Below are positions 22,393 through 35,450 of a DNA stretch of 64,000 nt, in pieces. The notes under the pieces were generated by a model, which had not been told where the DNA came from, did no database searches, and was given only the letters and a program-made list of their open reading frames with translations. Within the stretch, counting starts at the first letter, position 1; every line of letters starts with the position of its first letter. Both the position numbers and the translations under genes were made by a program. The stretch lies in the NCBI GenBank assembly GCA_047967505.1, contig CM106538.1, one strand, 5' to 3'. This stretch comes from Dipteris shenzhenensis. Lineage: Eukaryota.

Positions 22393-25300
22393 TGTTGGGG
22401 ATAAAGGAATAATGTGCTATCCCTTGTATAAGTGGTACTTATAATGCCACGTCATCACCTTATCTATTCTTTGTATAAAAGGCAATAAGGGAAGTCACAT
22501 CGTAGACTTTTGCTTCCCACAAACTTGTGTTCTCTCTTTTGCTCTCTCACCTTTCTCCATCTCCCTCTTGCTTCCGCTCCTTGCTCCCATCAATTGGTAT
22601 TAGAGCCTCCCTACCCACCAGCTTCTCCTCGTTCCCTAGCCTCCCCTCACTGTGTGACCTTTCCATCGCAGGAAGTCACTTGTTCTTGCTGCCCACGCAG
22701 TCCAGCCACTCTCCCTCGCTGCCCCCAGCTGTTTCGTGGAGTTTCATCGCGGGAATCACTTCTATTCTCGTGCTCCTAGCTGGAGACATCTTTTGGGTGA
22801 GTGTACTTGCTGTTTTTCAGCATTTTTGACTGGTTTTTGGGCTGTTGCAAGCGAAATACAGCGAGAAAGTGGTCAAGGACACTTTCCAGTTGGAGTTTTT
22901 GGTATTGCTACACCTCCTACAGCAGGGCGACTACATTTGGATCACATTTGGTCCGATTTGGTGCTGTTTACGCTGGGCGACAGTTTTCAGCCACACAGGA
23001 GCTGAATTTCGTCTGTCATTTTGGGTTTTTTCCTCCAGTTTTTGCACTAAAGCTGGTCGCCTACACCTGTAGAGGAATCCTGCCAAGTTTGGTTGGATTT
23101 TGACTGCCCGTTGCGAAGTTCTTGCTGATTTTCAGTTTCCAGCCACAGGGCAAGTTGCAGATCTGTGGATTTCGCACATTCTACTGCTGATTTGACAATA
23201 TAAAAGTGGTCGCCTACTTGAAGGGACACTGTCTGCCAAGTTTGGTTGAATTTCGCCTTCGTGGTGCTGAGTTATCATCACTTTTAGGGTTCAGCCTGTC
23301 AGAAAGTGACACGTGGCAGTGGATAAGGCACATAAATTTGGGGCTTTTGCAATTTTATGCATTGGAAGGCTTGCTCTTGCACATTGAAGCAAGAAATTTT
23401 CAGTTTGGGACACATTGGAAGAGGGAATCTCAAAGAATTCAGAATATTCCAAGAATATTCCTTGAGCTTGATGCCATAGGTTATGCATTTGTGAAGTAGT
23501 GCTTGGAGCACTTGGATGCATTGACATTGTTGCAAAAGTGGTACTGATTTCCTTTATGCTTGGATTGTGCACATTTGTGGTAGTCAAAGTTTGACTTTTG
23601 ATCTCAGAAATTGGGGCTTTTGGTGCACAAGTGCTCAGCAATTTTTGTGACACTGGAATAGTGTCTTGGATGCCTTTGTGTTGAGAAAAACAAGAATATT
23701 GTTTGTTGCAGATTTATGACTGTTTTTACTGTCATTTTGGGACAGTTTCTTTGAGTTTTGGATGCCTCTATCTCTGTCACAAGTTGGGACAGAATTTTGA
23801 GTGAGTTACACTCAGTTTTGCAGGCATATTTCACTCAGTTTTGGAGTTATATTGGTGCAGGAAATTAATTACAGTTTTGGTACTGTTTATGCATTCAAAG
23901 TTGGAATATATATTGGCTGCAAGTTCTCTCCAGTAGAGGACAGATTTTACAAGCTTTTTTTAATCTCCTTTGCTGATTTTTTATTTGCTGAGATATGGCT
24001 TCAAGTGGGAGTGAAGGTGGTTCACTTCTTAACATCAAGAAGTTGGAAGGAGTACACAATTTTGCCATTTGGCAAAAGCAGTGCTATAATGTGCTTCTTC
24101 AAAAGCATCAAGCCCGTCCTATCAAGGAAAAGGGAGTGAAGCCGGCAAATATATCAGATGATGATTGGGAAAGTGTTGATGAATTGGCACGTTCTACAAT
24201 CATGCTTTCTATTTCAGATGTGCTTCTATTTAATGTTGAAAATGAGAACACTACATGGGATATGTGGAAAAGGTTGGAAGACTTGTATGCTCAACAAAGT
24301 GCAGCAAGCAAGGTTTATTGGCTCAAGAAGCTCATGGATCTTAGGATGAAGGAGGGCACAACTATGAGTGTGCACCTCAATGAGTTCAACTCTATCATCA
24401 AGCAGTTGGCAAATCAGAAATTCAACATTGATGATGAGTTTAAAGCAACATTCTTGCTTTGCACTCTTCCTGAGAGTTGAGATATCTTAAGGGCAAAATG
24501 CATGTGTGCATTTGCTTTGGGAAGAAAGACTTGGTTCTTCATGGGTTCACAGACAGCCCATAGTCAGATGTTGAGAGGGCTGAAATGGCCAAGATTCCTT
24601 ATGCATCCGCGGTTGGTAGTCTCATGTATTCAATGGTGGCTACACGTCTAGATATTGCCTTTGCAGTGGGAGTTGTCAGTAGATACATGGCAACACCTGG
24701 CAAGAAGCATTGGGAAGCCATGAAAGGTATCATGAGATATCTTAAGGGCACAATGCATGTGTGCATTTGCTTTGGGAAGAAAGACTTGGTTCTTCATGGG
24801 TTCACAGACTCAGACTTTGCAGGATGTGTAGACCAAAGAAAGTCTACTACAGGATATGTTTTCACCTTACATGGTGGTGCTATTTCATGGATCTCTCGGT
24901 TACAGAAATGCATTGCTTTATTTACCACAGAGGAAGAATATGTTGCAGCCACAGAGGTGTGCAAAGAAGCCATATGGTTATCTTGTCTAGTGGGAGATAT
25001 TGGTTTATCAGGAGAGGTTCCTATTTTGCATTGTGATAGTCAGAGTGCTATTCAGCTAGCACGTAATCCTGTGTTTCATGCCAAAACGAAACACATCGAG
25101 GTGAAATATTATTTTATCAGAGAGGTGCTTGAGGATAAGCGTATTCAGCTTGTTAAAGTGCACATTGATGACAATCCTGCAGATCTTTTAACCAAGAGTC
25201 TTAACCCGCAACGCTTTGCACATTGCAGAGTACAGATGGGTGTTGGCTGAGTTTCTCATGATTGAGATTCTCTTGTATTTTGTGTATATGTTTTCTATGT

Positions 25301-25600
25301 ACACTTCTTCCTCTTTTTGGGCACATTGCCTTTAAGTGGGAGATTGTTGGGGATAAAGGCATAATGTGCTATCCCTTGTAAAAGTGGTACTTATAATGCC
25401 ACGTCATCACCTTATCTATTTTTTGTATAAAAGGCAATAAGGGAAGTCACATCGTAGAATTTTTGCTTCCCACAAACTTGTGTTCTCTCTTTTGCTCTCT
25501 CACCTTTCTCCATCTCCCTCTTGCTTCCGCTCCTTGCTCCCATCAATTGCTCTCTCACCTTTCTCCATCTCCCTCTTGCTTCCGCTCCTTGCTCCCATCA
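22393..25600 (+). mobile_element. Non-autonomous Ty1/Copia element (gag N-terminus joined to RT end/RNase H; PR, INT and most RT deleted)
   Basis: LTRs 22393-22592 and 25345-25545 (plus a 55-bp duplication to 25600); TSD AAAGC on both sides; PBS TGGTATTAGAGC at 22595; PPT AAGTGGGAGA; gag 23995-24480; RNase H ORF 24585-25250. Confidence 0.96.
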
Positions 25601-25871
25601 AAAGCTAAGGGCTAGGGCTCACTAAATGGGCACCCATACAAGGCTTATGTGTGACGTGAAAACATAATACATTGCGCTCTCATTGCACGAGAGAGAAAAC
25701 CCAAATAAGAGAACAATGCGGGGAAGCTCTTGGTTATCTACTTTCATGTGCATGGTGTACCTAGGGTTAGATAGCAGGCTAATGCGTGAGTCAAGAGGTA
25801 GCAAAGGGCGGGATGGCTAGTTTTAGTCGAGACTGCTATATATAAAGCTTCCTATATGTAGAGGATGCTAT

Positions 25872-26202
25872 TGATAACACGGTTTTCCTCTATATAAGTG
25901 AGAGCCTGTGCTATTGCAGATCACTTCAGGTGAGCGCTTCTCAAGTGATGGTTGGGCTTGGACCCTGGCGCCTGGTCGAGACTATGGCCATCTACGTGGC
26001 GGATCATAGGTTGCGCATCGAATGTCTTCTGGATGAGCTCAAGTGGTATGGGACGCTTGGGTTAGATGTGGATCTATGGAGGAGTCGAGCTGTAGCCCAC
26101 GTGCTCGGGAGGATCGAGATTGCATGCGCCGGATTGGGGTCAAGATCTCGGGTTAGTGATAGGGTAGATCTTGTAGAGTCGTATCATTTGGTATCAGAGC
26201 CG
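25872..26202 (+). mobile_element. Orphan LTR plus PBS remnant
   Basis: TGATA...TATCA ends (25872-26186) followed by PBS TGGTATCAGAGC at 26189; no internal domain follows; left boundary uncertain. Confidence 0.5.
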
Positions 26203-26249
26203 CCCTATTACAATAGGAAGTGATGTAAAGTATGCACAATTGCGATCTT

Positions 26250-28080
26250 CAGGTATGATACTCATACTTGCGTGGGACTTCTGAATTCCCTTCCTGAATC
26301 AGGACGATTCTATGGGGGGTTGGAACGGGGTGGTGTGTTGTAAAATTATGCATTGGTATGTTTATATCATATGTGTATATTTGCATATGGTTTTGCAGTC
26401 CTTTGCAAAATGTCTTGGCTGGTTGCAGTAGAAGCATTTCTTCTTCGTCTCGCCTCCACTAGATGAAGAGGAGTCCTCCTCGAGGTTTTCCATTCCTTTT
26501 GTTGTTGTTGTTGGGCATGCCGTTGCTTGGCTTACCAATTCACTATGCCATTACTTGTCTTGTGCATAAAAAGGCTTGTCATTGGATCTGTTGTTCTCTG
26601 TCTCTCGTGGTTCTTTTGCAGAAGCAAAGGCACTAGCTCCTTGAAAGTCCGGTGCTGACCATTGTCCTGTAACCATGGATGTAACAAACCCTTTATAGCT
26701 CTTGGGGAGCATTCCAAGCAAAAACCTAGCAATGTATGCCAAACCGTTGGCTAACCAATTGCTGACAGTCGATCCCTCACCACCTTCATCTAGGTGATGC
26801 GATCCCCCACTGTGTTCTCCTCATCGAACTTCATGTTACAGAGTTCCATTTCCATGGTGAGGATCTTGGCTGTGTTGTTGATCTCGTACATATCTTTCAG
26901 CGTGGTCCATGCTGAAAACGCTGTGTCACCTAGTTGAACGTGAGGGAGGACCCAGTTTGCAGTCGTGCCAATAATGATGGCAAGGGCCATCTGCATCTCA
27001 CCGACTTGGTCCGTATGTGTCACCTATGCTCAAGCCACATTCTTGACATCTTGTGGCCTTAGCTCCACTACTTTTATCATCTCCCAAATCATCCGAGCTA
27101 TCAAGTGGCTCTGGATCTTCATCTTCCAGAGAGTTGTTGCTTCCATCAAGCTCACCCGATTCCTCCCTAGATCTTCGAATGGGAAGTCTAATAGCCATGA
27201 TGAGGAAATAAAGGGCTTAGGAGGAGTACACCTGCCTAAATCTACCCCCCTCCTCTTATCCTTTAGACATAATAGTTGATTTCTACAAGCTGAATTGAGA
27301 CCTTCTCCACAGGGGTCTGTCCCTCGAGCTTCCAGCACTTGTGAGTCTTCCTCAGGGCTCCGATAACATGTTAGAAAACAAGGTGGAGGCTGCTTGCTAG
27401 AGCCAACTCTCCCTATAGTGAAAGATAAACAAGGAGTAGCCCGGGAATCCAACTTCTTTGCTCAATATCTACTAGTGTGCAGAGAGAGAGATGCAGATGG
27501 TAATTGAACAATGCTCAAGAGAGAGACTAGACTCCCAAAGATGGACCAAACACATTTAAAAAATGTGTGCACAGTCCAATCACTTTATTTCAAATCTTCA
27601 ACTCAGTTTACTCAAAATCTTTCACTTCAATCACTTTATTCTTCAAATCAATTTCAACCTGCATGCTCTCCTACAGCTTTAGTGGGCTGCATAGTCGTGC
27701 TCCGTGGATACGCCTTACTGCTGCTGTTCCTGGAGAAGACCTGTAATGAGAGCTCCATGAACCTCAGATCTGTTTGCTGCTCTGGAACTGCAGCCAACCT
27801 GAGAACAACCGTAAGTGCAAGGTACTGCTCTTCACCCTGTAGATGATCTGTAGACTATGCTGCTTAGCTATTGGATGATCCCTAGCCTCTCTGCTGGCCT
27901 GGTAGACAGTCCAGAATAGAGATCTTGTAGAATAAGGCAATAACAAGTAAGCAGCTTTGGGCCCAAAAATTACAACATGCCATTTGTGTTCGCTCATATG
28001 AGATTTATGCACAAGAGGTTCACCTGTAAGGGCCAATGATCAGCCATATCTGATTCGCTGAATCGATCTTATTATGAACA
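26250..28080 (-). mobile_element. Truncated Ty1/Copia (5' LTR, degenerate PBS, gag with zinc knuckle)
   Basis: Gag motifs WKMKIQSHL, AWTTLKDMY, LLGMLPKSY and CFYCNQPRHFAKDC; PBS-like TGTTATCGGAGC at ~27368; putative LTR 27369-28080 (TGTT...AACA). Confidence 0.8.
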
Positions 28081-28352
28081 GAATTTGATGATTTGAATGA
28101 TGGAGCTTTACGCAACTTTTATAGATCAGTATCATTGAATCAACCATGTGCTTCAATTGTTAGTATAAAAGGTTGTTCAAACTTTAATGTTAAAGGTCAC
28201 AGTGAACCAAGAAATGTCTACAAGCGTCATTGCATGCCTCGTCTCTAGTTCGTGCGTATGCTGTCTTAAAAATTTGTCAGCATGCTTTTGGTGACAATGT
28301 AAAGGTGATGTCATGACTATTGGATGCTTAATAAGTAGAATTCTTATTGCAG

Positions 28353-28555
28353 TTGCTTAAAGGAGGTTTTTTGGAAGTTGGAGTCCAAACTTACGGTTCA
28401 GGTTTATGGCACACATGGTTTGATCGTGATCTGACTATTGCGGGTCGGGTCATGGTACAGCAAGGAGGTGAGGGGATGACTTCTTTCTCTCATGAATTGG
28501 TCAGGATTGAGCAGCCCATAATTCGAGTACCCACATTGGCGATCCACTTGGATAG
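28353..28555 (+). CDS. DNPEP: Aspartyl aminopeptidase, coding exon 4
   Basis: TTGCAG acceptor; LLKGGFLEVGVQTYGSGLWHTWFDRDLTIAGRV...IIRVPTLAIHLD(R); GTATC donor at 28556; phase 0 matches exon 3. Confidence 0.95.
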
Positions 28556-28789
28556 GTATCGATTCCTTCTCTTCTATCAAAGCTGGTGATAGGGTTTTCT
28601 AGCATTTCAGTTGTTGCTTATGTATGTTGCATTAAGAAGCTGTTTCCAAATCAGCTGAAATGGCTAGTGTAAATGATTGGGCTTGTTTATTTTCTTCAAG
28701 AGCTTTGTCTAAAATTGTGAGCATCTATATTCATAGATTCATATGATAATGTAAGAAAACTGGCCTGAGTAGTAGAGGCTTGGGTATAT

Positions 28790-31700
28790 GGTAGTAGAGG
28801 CCAGTGTGTCACTTTGCACTTGGGTGCAAAGTGACACACTGGCTACATCGGCAAGTACGTAATAGTCCCCTAATAGGAGATTTTGTCGTATGCTGTGACC
28901 CCTTTGTGAGCCCTTGTCTAGGGACAGTCAGGCACAAGCTACGTAAGTCATTCTCTCAGCCTTAGGTCAAGTCGGAAGATCACTCCTTGTTCACTAGTAC
29001 CCATTGGAGAACCATAGGGTAGTGTTTCCGATAGTTTACGTCCAGCCTAGGATAGTGCCCTTCTGGGCCCCCTCAGGGCTGGAACAAGTGAAGAGAATGG
29101 CAGGGGAAGGGCTGCCTTTATAGGCTACCCTGCATCCCTAGGCTGGCATTTATGGGGCCTAGGGCTGGCATTTATGGCCTAGGGCTGCCTTTATGGGTCC
29201 AAGGGACCAGCCAACCAGCCCCAAGGGCCAAAAGCTCTATAAATAGGGGGCCTCCAGGCCCTCTTTCCTCATTCAGTTCTCCGATCACTTCAGTCTCCTA
29301 CAGCTCCTCCTCAGCCCCCTCTGAACAGCCTGACACTCACCCCCAGTGGCCCTGTGACCAGCCTCAGCCTTTGGCATCAATTCAGTCCTCTGGGAAGGTG
29401 TTCACGCAGCGCATCAGATGGGGAGTCAGGACAGCGAACGGAGTAAGGTTTGGGGTCTGTTTCAGCAGCTCTTTTCAGTTATCTCTTACAGTTTTACACA
29501 GCTCATTCTCAGCTCTTTATTTCAGTCATCTCTCAGCTCTCTTGTAGGATCTATCACTCCTAGCTTTCAATCTCTCACTCACGCAGTAACCTTGCATTCC
29601 GGTGGACAGCACAAGTCTCTCCCTTGCCTTGCAGAAGCGTCCTACATTGTGAGTGTGGACAGCATCAAAGTCTCGGTATTGGTCGGCGTTGCCTCTTAGG
29701 TCTTTGGGTCTGCTATACGTGTGCACAGTGAGCTCTTCAGAAGTGCATTTTCGAGCTCTCTCGAAGAGTTTTCTTTGTATTTCTCAATTCTCCAAGTAGA
29801 AAGCAAATTCTCCCCTGGTTGGGGGAGGGGGCCCTTAGTGGGTACAGGGACCCAATCGGTTGTCGACTCTACTCTCTCTCTACCCTCATCTCCTTTCTCT
29901 CTCTATGGTAAACAACGCTAATTTCTCGCTAAAGGTTTAAAGAAGGTCTTGCTGTGAATTACACGATTAGATTACCGTTGCATGCTACATTGGTATCAGA
30001 GCTTCAGTCTGTATCCAACTTGACTACCACGAGTGTATGGTTGTGTTGAGATTCGGAAAGGACACACAATCAAGCGCCATGGAAGTGTCAGGAAAAGATT
30101 TCAAACTTGAAGACTTTGAAGAGGAGGAAGACTACCAATAAGATACGCTTCTGTCAAGTGCTCAAGAAGTGATGGCGAACCTTCTAGAGCAGAATCGGGT
30201 CCTCCTGCAGCAACTTGAAGAACATTCATCCCAGCTAGAAGAAAGCAGAAGACAGTTGGACTAAACAAAACAACGTCTGGAGGAGAAAGAAGCAGAAAAG
30301 CCGCTGGAAGAAAGAGGAACCACAGATGTTGAAAAACTGCTCTTGTTGATGCGTGAGAAATGCAAAAATGAGGAGGCACTGTGATGGGCAGAGCTCGCCC
30401 AGGCAGAGAGGCAACAAAAGCTAGACCGATATGCGATGCTTCTCCAACACAAACATATGTTAGCCGCTATACAGGCAAGTTTGAGCATAGCAACCGTCAC
30501 CGTCACAGCTTCGTCATCGACAAAGGTAACACCACTCACTCGGTCCACTCTAAATTTTGTTAAGTATGATGGTAAGTGTGACTATTTAGCAATTTTGCAA
30601 TTTATTCATCAGTTTGTAGCTCATTTTTTGTTAGCGCAGATTCAAGATGAGCAAGATAAAGTCCAGCTTGCAGTCCCTCATCTAGTGGCAATATTGGGCT
30701 AGTAAGCATACTGACCCAACAATGTTTAAGACGAATTTCGTTTGGGCAATGTTTGTGGCGTATCTCAAAGCCCGTTTTCTCCCACCCCAATATTTGCTTA
30801 ATCTGGAGGAGGAGTTCTCTCGGCTCTCCCAGAATGGTTTTCCTGTGTTGACATACAGTAACAAGGTCATCATGCTGGCGCAGCAGTTGGGCGTGACGGA
30901 GAGCGCCAAGATGAAGCAATTCATTCAAGGATTGGACACCAACATCCGTTATACCATTTGGAACTTCGACCTGTTGGATTATGAGCGGGCGTAACTATTG
31001 CACAAAATTAGGAGATGATGCTGAACGGGGGAAAGTCCAAGCAAGTCTAGAAAGATTCCAAAGCCTTGCAGCAGTCAAACAACACAACAGGTAAGGATCA
31101 GAAGAAGTACCAAAAGAAAGACGGCCATGCTTCTGGTCAAAAGAAGGAGTCCAAGCCCAAGATGACTTTGGATGAGAAGGCTAAAGAGGGCATTACTAGG
31201 GGAGGCTATCTACTACAGCCCGACGAGCTAGAAGGGGTATCACCAAGAACATCGTTGCTTTCATTGCCACCACATCGTTGGGCATGGCAAGAAGGATTGT
31301 CCGAATTGGCTTGCCGAGAAGGTTGCGAAAGCGTCTACTTCGTCCGTCATCAATGTATTGGTGCTTTCAGTCCCGCCTTCATCCTCAGCTACGAATGCCG
31401 TCTTTCATGCTTTGAGCGCCGTTCCCACGGTGGTCTTTCAAGGTAGTAACGTGCATTAGTTTATTGTCCTGTTCGATATGGGGAGTTCAGAAGATGCCAT
31501 CTCCCCTCAGCTTGCCAAGACAGTGGGGTGCACCTTGGTACCTCACGAGCTTACAGTGGACGGGTTCATGCCCAGCTTGCACACACACATTACGCATAAG
31601 GTCATTCATTTCACTTTTTTAGTTCAGAAGGCCATGTTTATGTATGATTTTATTTTGACTCCTTTGATGGGTGCGACATGATCCTCGGGATTTAGTGGTT

Positions 31701-34700
31701 CCAACTTCCGTGAGCATGTACCGACGCATGATTGGCGGCAGGACACCTTCACTATTGTGGAAGGTTTATCTGAGCCTGTCGTGATACGTGGCGATCGAAG
31801 CATACGAGGGATTCCGTTAATCTCGCATATTCAAGTAGGTCGCGCCACCCGCAAGGGTGCCATGTGTGCACTTGTCTACATCCAGTGCCAAATCACTGTA
31901 ATTCAAGCCGCTCCTCCGATGGGGCAAGCAATGGTGGATCTACTCCAAGAGTTCCATGACATCATGCTCCAGGATGATCTGCCACCCTAGCTTCCTTCCA
32001 ACCGATCAGAAGACCATTGCATTGATTCACTTCTGGACTCGACACCAGTTTTGTATCGACTTTCCAAGTCTATGGAGGGGGAGTTATAACAACAATTGTC
32101 TCAATTACTGCGCGTAGGGTTTATTAGACCTTCTTCTTCGCCTTTTGCTGCACCCATTCTATTTGTGGCAAAAAATGATAAGTCTGCACGATTATGTGTC
32201 AACTACAAAGCACTCAACAAGCTTACAGCAAGCAACAAGTTTCCTATGCCCCGCATCGAGTATAACTTGGAACGACTCAATGGTGTAAAACTTTTCTCAA
32301 AGATTGACCTCAAGAGTGGCTACCATGAAGTCCGGATTTTTGAAGCTGACATCCCAAAGACAGCTTTTCGAACAGAGCGAGCTCATTACGAGTTCGTCGT
32401 CATGCCCTTTGGTCTGAAGAATGCACCACCAACATTCAACAAGATGATGTCATGGGTATTTATAGAGTATATTGGGAAGTGCATGTTTATCTTTCTCGAT
32501 GACATCCTTACCTTTTCTGCTATAGCCGAGCAATGTATTAAGGATGTGCAATGTGCCCTACAGTTATTACATGTAACCAGCTATATCTCAAGGCAAAGGA
32601 AAGTGAATTTGGATTGCTGAAAATTCAGTATTTGGGCTACATCATTAGTGCTCAAGGGATTCGATTGGACCCTGAGAATATCCAAGCTATCACAAGTTGG
32701 GATGTTCCCACGATGGCCCAGGAGATTCGATTCTTTGTGGGTTTATGTCAAGCATACAGCTCGCACATGGAGGGTTTCTCAACATACGCAGCCCCTCTTA
32801 CATATTTGCTCAAGAGGGTAAAGACACGCATACAAAAAGTTCAAGTCACAGGCAAAGCTTTGTAGGCCTTCCATGACTTGCAACGGTTGGCCAGGACAGC
32901 ACCAGTTATGAAGATCGCCTCTTGGGATGATCCATTTTTTGTAATGATAGACGCTAGCAATGTTGCCATAGGGGCAGTTTTATAGCAAGAGGATAGGCCC
33001 GTGGCATATTACAGCAAAAAGCTTAACGATGCCGAAAAGAACTATTCAGTGTATGATAGAGAGCTCCTTGGTGTCATCTAGGTATTAAAACATTGGAAGC
33101 CTTTCCTATACGGATGGACTTTCACGGTTAAGACAGATTACCAAGCCCTTAAGTGGCTTTAGACAATGCCTAGTGTGCAATGGAGTGATCGGCAACAACG
33201 GTGGAGCCATATATTCCAGTAGTTTAGGAGAATGATCGAGTACGTTCCTGGCAAAAACAACCCTGTTGCCGATGCTCTCAGTCAGAAAGATTCCATCTAG
33301 ACCATTGAGCAGGCCACTGTGCTCGAAATCAAAGGAAAGGATCTTGATTGCATGAAGGCACAGTATGCGGAGTCAGCAGAGTTTGACACGCAGTTCCAGT
33401 TAGTCACGACGCTTGCTTCAGGCCATTACTCATTAGAGGATGGTTGGCTTTTCTATAAGAAAAGATTATGTGTACTATTTGTATTAGCCAAAGATGCAGA
33501 AGGACGTATACGGCTATGTTCAGAATTGTCAGATATGCCAAAAAGTCAAGGCTTCCCACAAGAAAGCGGCAGGCTTACTTATGCCATTGCCAATCCCCGA
33601 CGGTCCTTTTCAAGACATAGGTATGGATTTCGTGGGGCTACTTCCAGCATCCGCAGGTATGCATAATACTCAATGTCTTACTATTGTTTGTCGCTTTAGT
33701 AAATATTGTATGCTTATTCCCGACAAACAAACGGCCAACGCTGAAGATGTAGCTCGTTTGTTTATCAAGTATTGGTATCCCATTGGAGGGTTGCCAAAGA
33801 CCATCACATCCGACAGGGACACCAAGTTTACGTCTAACTTTTGGGGAGCCTTGTTTGATAATTTTGGTACAAAGCTGCAGATGTCTAGCGCTTTCCATCC
33901 GCAATCCAACGGCGAGACGAAAAAGTATAATGGTATGGCATTTGATATTTTGAAATCATATTGTCATGATGCTCAGGGAAAGTGGGAGTAGTTTCTTCCG
34001 CTTGTGCAGGCCATTCTGAACGATACCTATTCTTTGAGTATTAGTCACACACCTTATGAAGCGGCGTTTGGACGACGGTTTACCTCACTCCTCACCCGGA
34101 TGGTGTTTCCATCTCTTGAAGCTAACAAAGCCACCGAATCAATGGCAGAGATTACAGAGTCTGTGAAAAGCCGCATCGTCGAAGCTCAAGCATCGTATAC
34201 GCGCTAGGCTAACAAATCTAGTCGAGATGTCCAGCATGAAGAGGGGCAATGGGTGTATTTACGTATTATCAAGCAAAGATTGAAGCAGGTGGGCAAGCGA
34301 TGCCCTCAGCTGTCCTTCAGGAGCTTCGGACCATTCCCTATTATTCAGAAGATCAACGATGTCTCAATGAAGTTACGCCTTCTAGATAGTTGGACTATGC
34401 ACAACGTGTTTCATGTAGCTTGGTTGAAGCCATATTTTGGACCTTCTCTTTCAAAGATTTCCGACGACCAACAACCTTAAGTTCTTGATGAAGCCGAAGT
34501 TTTGCAGCCAGAACAGATCCTTCTTCATAAATTCAAGCATGGGTTAGGATGCAGGATCTGAGAGTTTTACACCAAGTTCCGTGATCGAGGTACCCATGAA
34601 GTAGTGTGGTTGGATGAAGATTTTTTCTAGGAGTTTTCCCAGATATTGGCGGACTACTTGAAAGCAATGAACCTACTGCCAAGTTAAGAAGGAGGGAATG

Positions 34701-35415
34701 CTACATGCACCTCTGCACTTGGGTGCAAAGCGACACACTGGCTACATCGACAAGTGCGTAATAGTTCGCTAATAAGAGATTTTGTCGAATGTTGTGATCC
34801 CTTTGTGAGTCCTTGTCCAAGGACAATCAGACACAAGCTACGTAAGTCAGTCTCTAAGCCTTAGGTCAAGTCAGAAGATCACTTCTTGTTCACTATTACC
34901 CACTTGAGAACCGTAGGGTAGTGTTCCCGTTTTAGGCTTAGGGATAGGTTTAGGTCCTCTGGGAAGGTGTTCACGCAGCGCATCAAACGGGGAGTCAGGA
35001 CAGCGAACGGAGTAAGGTTTGGGGTCTGTTTCAGCAACTCTTTTCAGTTATCTCTTACAGTTTTACACAGCTCATTCTCAGCTCTTTATTTCAGTCATCT
35101 CTCAGCTCTCTTATAGGATCTATCACTCCTAGCTTTCAATCTCTCACTCACGCAGTAACCGTGCATTCCGGTGCTGTCCACAAGCCTCTCCCTTGCCTTG
35201 TAGAAGCGTCCTACATCGTCAGTGTGGACAGCATCAAGGTCTCGGTGTCTTTGTATTTCTCAGTTCTCCAAGTAGACCCAATCGGTTGTCGACTCTACTC
35301 TCTCTCTACCCTCATCTCCTTTCTGTCTCTATGGTAAACAACGCTAATTCCTCGCTAAAGGTTTAAAGGTGGTCTTGCTATGAATTACACGATCAGATTA
35401 CCGTTGCATTTTACA
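28790..35415 (+). mobile_element. Second Ty3/Gypsy chromovirus-type element, decayed, with unequal LTRs
   Basis: 5' LTR ~28790-29989, PBS at 29991, gag, PR (FDMGS), RT (FLDD), RNase H, integrase, chromodomain-like tail ~34490-34686, PPT AGAAGGAGGGAA, 3' LTR 34699-35415 with internal deletions; left boundary and TSD unresolved. Confidence 0.93.
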
Positions 35416-35450
35416 ATGGAGATCTGGCTATCACTACATAGAATGAGTGT

